A stretch of 64,000 nt of DNA, taken from positions 310,001-374,000 of the forward strand of contig RSEE01000060.1 in the NCBI GenBank assembly GCA_003971905.1, read 5' to 3'. Each line of letters opens with the position of its first letter. Position 1 is the first letter of the stretch. Source of the DNA: Moniliella sp. 'wahieum' (taxonomy: Eukaryota). The translations under genes were made by a program, and so were the position numbers. The notes under the pieces are model-generated. The model was not told the DNA's origin and ran no database searches. It saw only the letters and a list, made by a program, of their open reading frames with translations. Shown here piece after piece: positions 60,539-64,000 of this stretch.

Positions 60539-61750
60539 TCAAGCAACGTTGCTTAGAACCGAGCGGGCCGTGACCTGCGGGTCAATGGCACTAAGGGTTG
60601 ATGTGGCCATGCCAAAGATGCCGGAGGTTGAAATGCAGTCACAGAAGTACCGTGAGCTGCACCGGAAGAGAGAGCTGGTGGGTGTCATAACGGCACGCAA
60701 ACGGGGAGGGGAAGGGGGGTTGGAATGGTCCGGAACTCCGACGGTGGTCTCTTTCTTCACATTTTTCTCTTCAGTCGTGACCGTGGGTGGTGTCGAGGGA
60801 GTGGTGAGGGGCAAATCTGGCCTTAACTTTTCAGGATCGCCAATTTTGTCCTTAGGGTCAAACTCCGTCGGTGATGGTGTATGGTAACCGTAAGGATACC
60901 CGCGGTGAGAACGATGGACGTGTGCGGCGTGGCGGTGGGAGGAATATAAGCAGCCGAAAGACCAATGAGCACATCCCATCCGCCCGGTACATTGTGATCC
61001 ATAAGGTTGTCCAAACGGAATGAAATGGCCTCGGTGCATCCGAAAAGGATGCCGGCGTGGTGGACAAGACTGCGTTAACGTGTGTGCAAACCTTCTCTGC
61101 CATCTCGTCCGACATGGTTGTGGAAGCGATGGCAGGGTTGGGGATGGAAGGGACGAGACAGTCTCATTGACGGTTTGTCTCCTCCGTTGCCATGTCGATC
61201 TGCTCAACATGGTCGGTTGCTTTCTCACTTACAGGGAGATTCTCCTTCGCAATGGCGCTTCTCCTGAGCCTTTTTCATGTACGGCGATTGCACCAGATAG
61301 CGTAGAACATATCGCCGTGCTTAACGTTTAAAAACTGTTGGCATCTGCAGAAGAGGATGTGGGGTTAGGGCGTGTGACCCGCATCACAAATGATATTGTC
61401 AGATAGGGTGAGGAAAACGTACCATCGCAGCGCTGAACCCGAACCGAGGGCGCAGAGATGCAGGACCAGTGGGGGGAGAGGGCTGCATCGAGGTCTTTGA
61501 AATCTGGCGGGCTGGGGCGAGGGTGGGATGAGGATGGGCAAGGGCGTTGGAGAGAACGAAGAGGGCGATGCGTTGGGTGTCAACTCATGTCCGAGTCAAG
61601 GACCTGCAGGTGAGGGGGAGCCATGGTGGGTAGAAGGGATGAGAGCGGGCACGAAGGGGAGGAGGGTGGCGACGAGGGCGGATAGAGGGGAAAAGGAGCC
61701 AAACGTTGGTGCAGGGGGAGTGGGGGGGCAGCGACGGAGAAGATTATATA
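60539..61750 (-). other. Putative spliced, lineage-specific or degenerate gene of unknown function
   Basis: TATATA near 61750; an intron with GTACGT near 61422, CTAAC and CTGCAG near 61346; downstream protein-like but interrupted frames (ORFs 60858-61115 and 60539-61228). No recognisable domain. Confidence 0.3.
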
Positions 61751-63441
61751 TGTGTGCCTTCGGACTGTGTTATTATAATCGCCCCTTCGATCAATAAGCT
61801 CAATCGACACACGAAATAAGATATGCCCATCGGCTCAGCGCTCAGCTTGAGGCTGAGCGGTCACCGCGGGGCACCCTGTATGAGGGTGGTCTAGGCCGGT
61901 GTGTACAGTACGGCCGCACCGCCACAATCGGACAGCGAGTAGCAGCGAGGGCTCGGCTGAGATTCGATCATGAGTCGGGAGTACTGAGTACAGGATGGAC
62001 CAGCACTAAGTACTAGTAATTTGTGCATGAGAAGAGAGCGCTTGAGAGCACGTTGAGTATCGAAGACAACGAGAAGAGCACAGGTCAACAGGGGGTATTG
62101 GTTCGTTATTACATGGGTGTGCTCTATCTCTGTGCGCTCGCACGGTACGGTATACGTGTGGTGGAGCAAAATGGTAACGTTAAGCGAGAGACGTCCTATT
62201 TCAGTCTCATCAGTGGAAACCGTATGCCCAGGAGACTGCGAGAGCTGCGCCCATAGCAATCTCATGTGGTCAGAGCCTGTATCGGGCTTACATCGCTTAC
62301 GCCCAGCACGCACTATTTGCTGTCAAAAACGCACTTCCGATATCCTCAGCAGGAACGATGAGTCCGATGAGTGTGTGTCTGCAAAAAGGTTGATCGATAT
62401 ACAATCACCATAGGGGGGTGCTGACGGGGTTTACACGTATGTATTCACTACAAGGTTCACACTGATACAGACAGCATTGTGGTGTCAACGAAGCTTCCCA
62501 TACTTAGTACATATGGCTTTCCCACACCACGGAGTTCAGTCTGAATATTCACCCCGAAATATATGGAAGACAAGAAGTGGGGTAGAAAAGGTATGTTTCG
62601 GCATAGCGGCAAAACAGCAATTTAACATTGTTTGTTGTGTGGTTGGATGTCGTCTCAAGGATTGCGTGGTGAAAAGGTATCACGACAGATTGTGGTTACA
62701 CGGTCGTAAAGCTCCCGAGCTCTGTTGTTCTCAGTTCGATTCTGGGCGCAGTCACTTTTTTGCGTGGCAAGTCCCACTCTAAGTTTTGTTCAAATGTCGT
62801 CCAGCCAATTGGCCAGCAGCAGCAAAGAGTAATAACAAGGAGACCACCGGGCCTACGGCCCGGTCTGATGGGGCTTCGCCCCACAGCCTGTCCTTGCGCT
62901 GATGGCGACGCTCCATGGCCATCTTTCCCCCCATGTCCACCATTCCATCGACGCCCTTCCCCTGGTCCACCCGTTCCAAAGGCCCCCTTCCCATCGTCAA
63001 CGCTGTCCACCGTTCCATCATCCTCAGAGACCTTCACTCCCATGTGCAGCATAGGTTAACGTTCCATCTATATTCACCGTGTGGCATAGTATACCGTTCT
63101 GTAGTCAGTAAGATCAGCAGACCAGTTCTCTTTTATAGCATAGAGATGAGCTTTGGAAGCGAGTGAGGGGAACACGAAAGGCCCTGGTTTGCGTTTGCTG
63201 GCGATTCCACCGGCCTCTTGATTGTTGAGTTGGGACGAAACATACTATCTGTGCCACACTTCACAGGATGCGTTATTAACACTAAGGTAGAGGTGATGTG
63301 TATATGTGTGTGCATGGTATATCGGGATAGACAGAACCAAACAACACTGCCATCAAGTCTGATCCCCATATGATGCTTGATCTGGTCCGCTCATCGACTC
63401 ATCCTATCTCCAAGGTTCGTTTATTGCATCGTACTTCGTCA

Positions 63442-63554
63442 TTATCCATCACTTGATGAATTATGATCTTCTTTGTAGTGTTCCACATACTGTGATCAGG
63501 ACTTGAACACCTCGCGGCAGTGAGGACAGTATACGTCAATGAAGGGCCCGCCAT
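63442..63554 (-). CDS. Single-C2H2-finger microprotein or its pseudogene: MAGPFIDVYCPHCREVFKS*SQYVEHYKEDHNSSSDG (needs +1 C in a C-run and has an in-frame TGA)
   Basis: C-x2-C-x3-F-x5-Y-x2-H-x4-H spacing is exact across the TGA at 63498-63496. TATATAT at 63794-63788; intron 63695-63575 (GTATGT/CTCAC/CAG) ends 20 nt before ATG 63554. Confidence 0.5.
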
Positions 63555-64000
63555 ATCGCAATCGAGGTTGAGAGCTGTGGATCAAGAAGTGGGTGAGTAT
63601 ACTGTCACAGCCGGGACTCGGCTCCAAACAAAACTTGCTGAGACTCTGCTTTGGATCGTGGAGATCTTGGATCTGAGAGAGAGAGGAACACATACCTGTG
63701 CCTGCAATGCAGTGGCGCTGGGAGAGGTCCGATACGAGAGTTATATCGGGGGGATAATTGGTGGAAGTAGAGAGAGAAATGGGAAAAATATATACGCAGG
63801 AGAGAGAAGTGCAAAAACTCCGCACTGCGTTCACAGATCTCTCTCGGTTACTCAGTATCTTCGCTCTGTGTCCGGTCCATGTTTGCGAGGGATAATGACG
63901 GGAGAAGGCCGGGCTATGCCCCAAACATCGCATAGAAGATACTCCCTACCCTGGGACTCCACTTGCGCTTTCTCATCATACACGGCCGGATCATGTGTAC

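Noticed and set aside
1..64000. Pervasive frameshifts read as programmed frameshifting or mass pseudogenisation
   Set aside because: They hit every gene, including housekeeping ones, while conserved motifs stay intact on both sides. Many are single-base losses in runs (e.g. MGA2 CAA[A]TC near 56386), which is typical of uncorrected long-read consensus.

Overview
GC-rich eukaryotic DNA from a fungus, most probably a basidiomycete (inferred from spliceosomal GT..CTRAC..YAG introns with GTACGT/GTATGT/GTGCGT donors and from the fungal gene families). Almost every gene is broken by single-base indels, often in homopolymers, so this is most likely an unpolished long-read assembly and gene ends are approximate. 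Twelve conventional protein genes are supported: Syp1/FCHo muniscin, Sec7-PH ARF-GEF, GH5 glucanase, C2H2 + fungal-TF-domain regulator, large TM-anchored LEA/hydrophilin-like protein, AGC1-type mitochondrial carrier, phospholipase B, ETF beta, a small GPI-type Ser-rich protein, tandem-CCCH protein, RRM+PUF protein and Spt23/Mga2. Features below or outside the ORF track: (1) a non-coding host transcript with two C/D snoRNAs (snR61-like and snR55-like); (2) three dispersed, spliced minus-strand micro-genes encoding 34-43 aa zinc-binding peptides in apparently empty intergenic DNA, one with an in-frame TGA inside a C2H2 finger; (3) a structured non-coding locus at about 40.0-40.6 kb with a telomerase-like pseudoknot motif (speculative); (4) a strong bias of non-coding tandem repeats toward period 7, many quasi-palindromic and clustered in promoter regions. 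No transposon ORF, tRNA, rRNA or CRISPR array was recognised.
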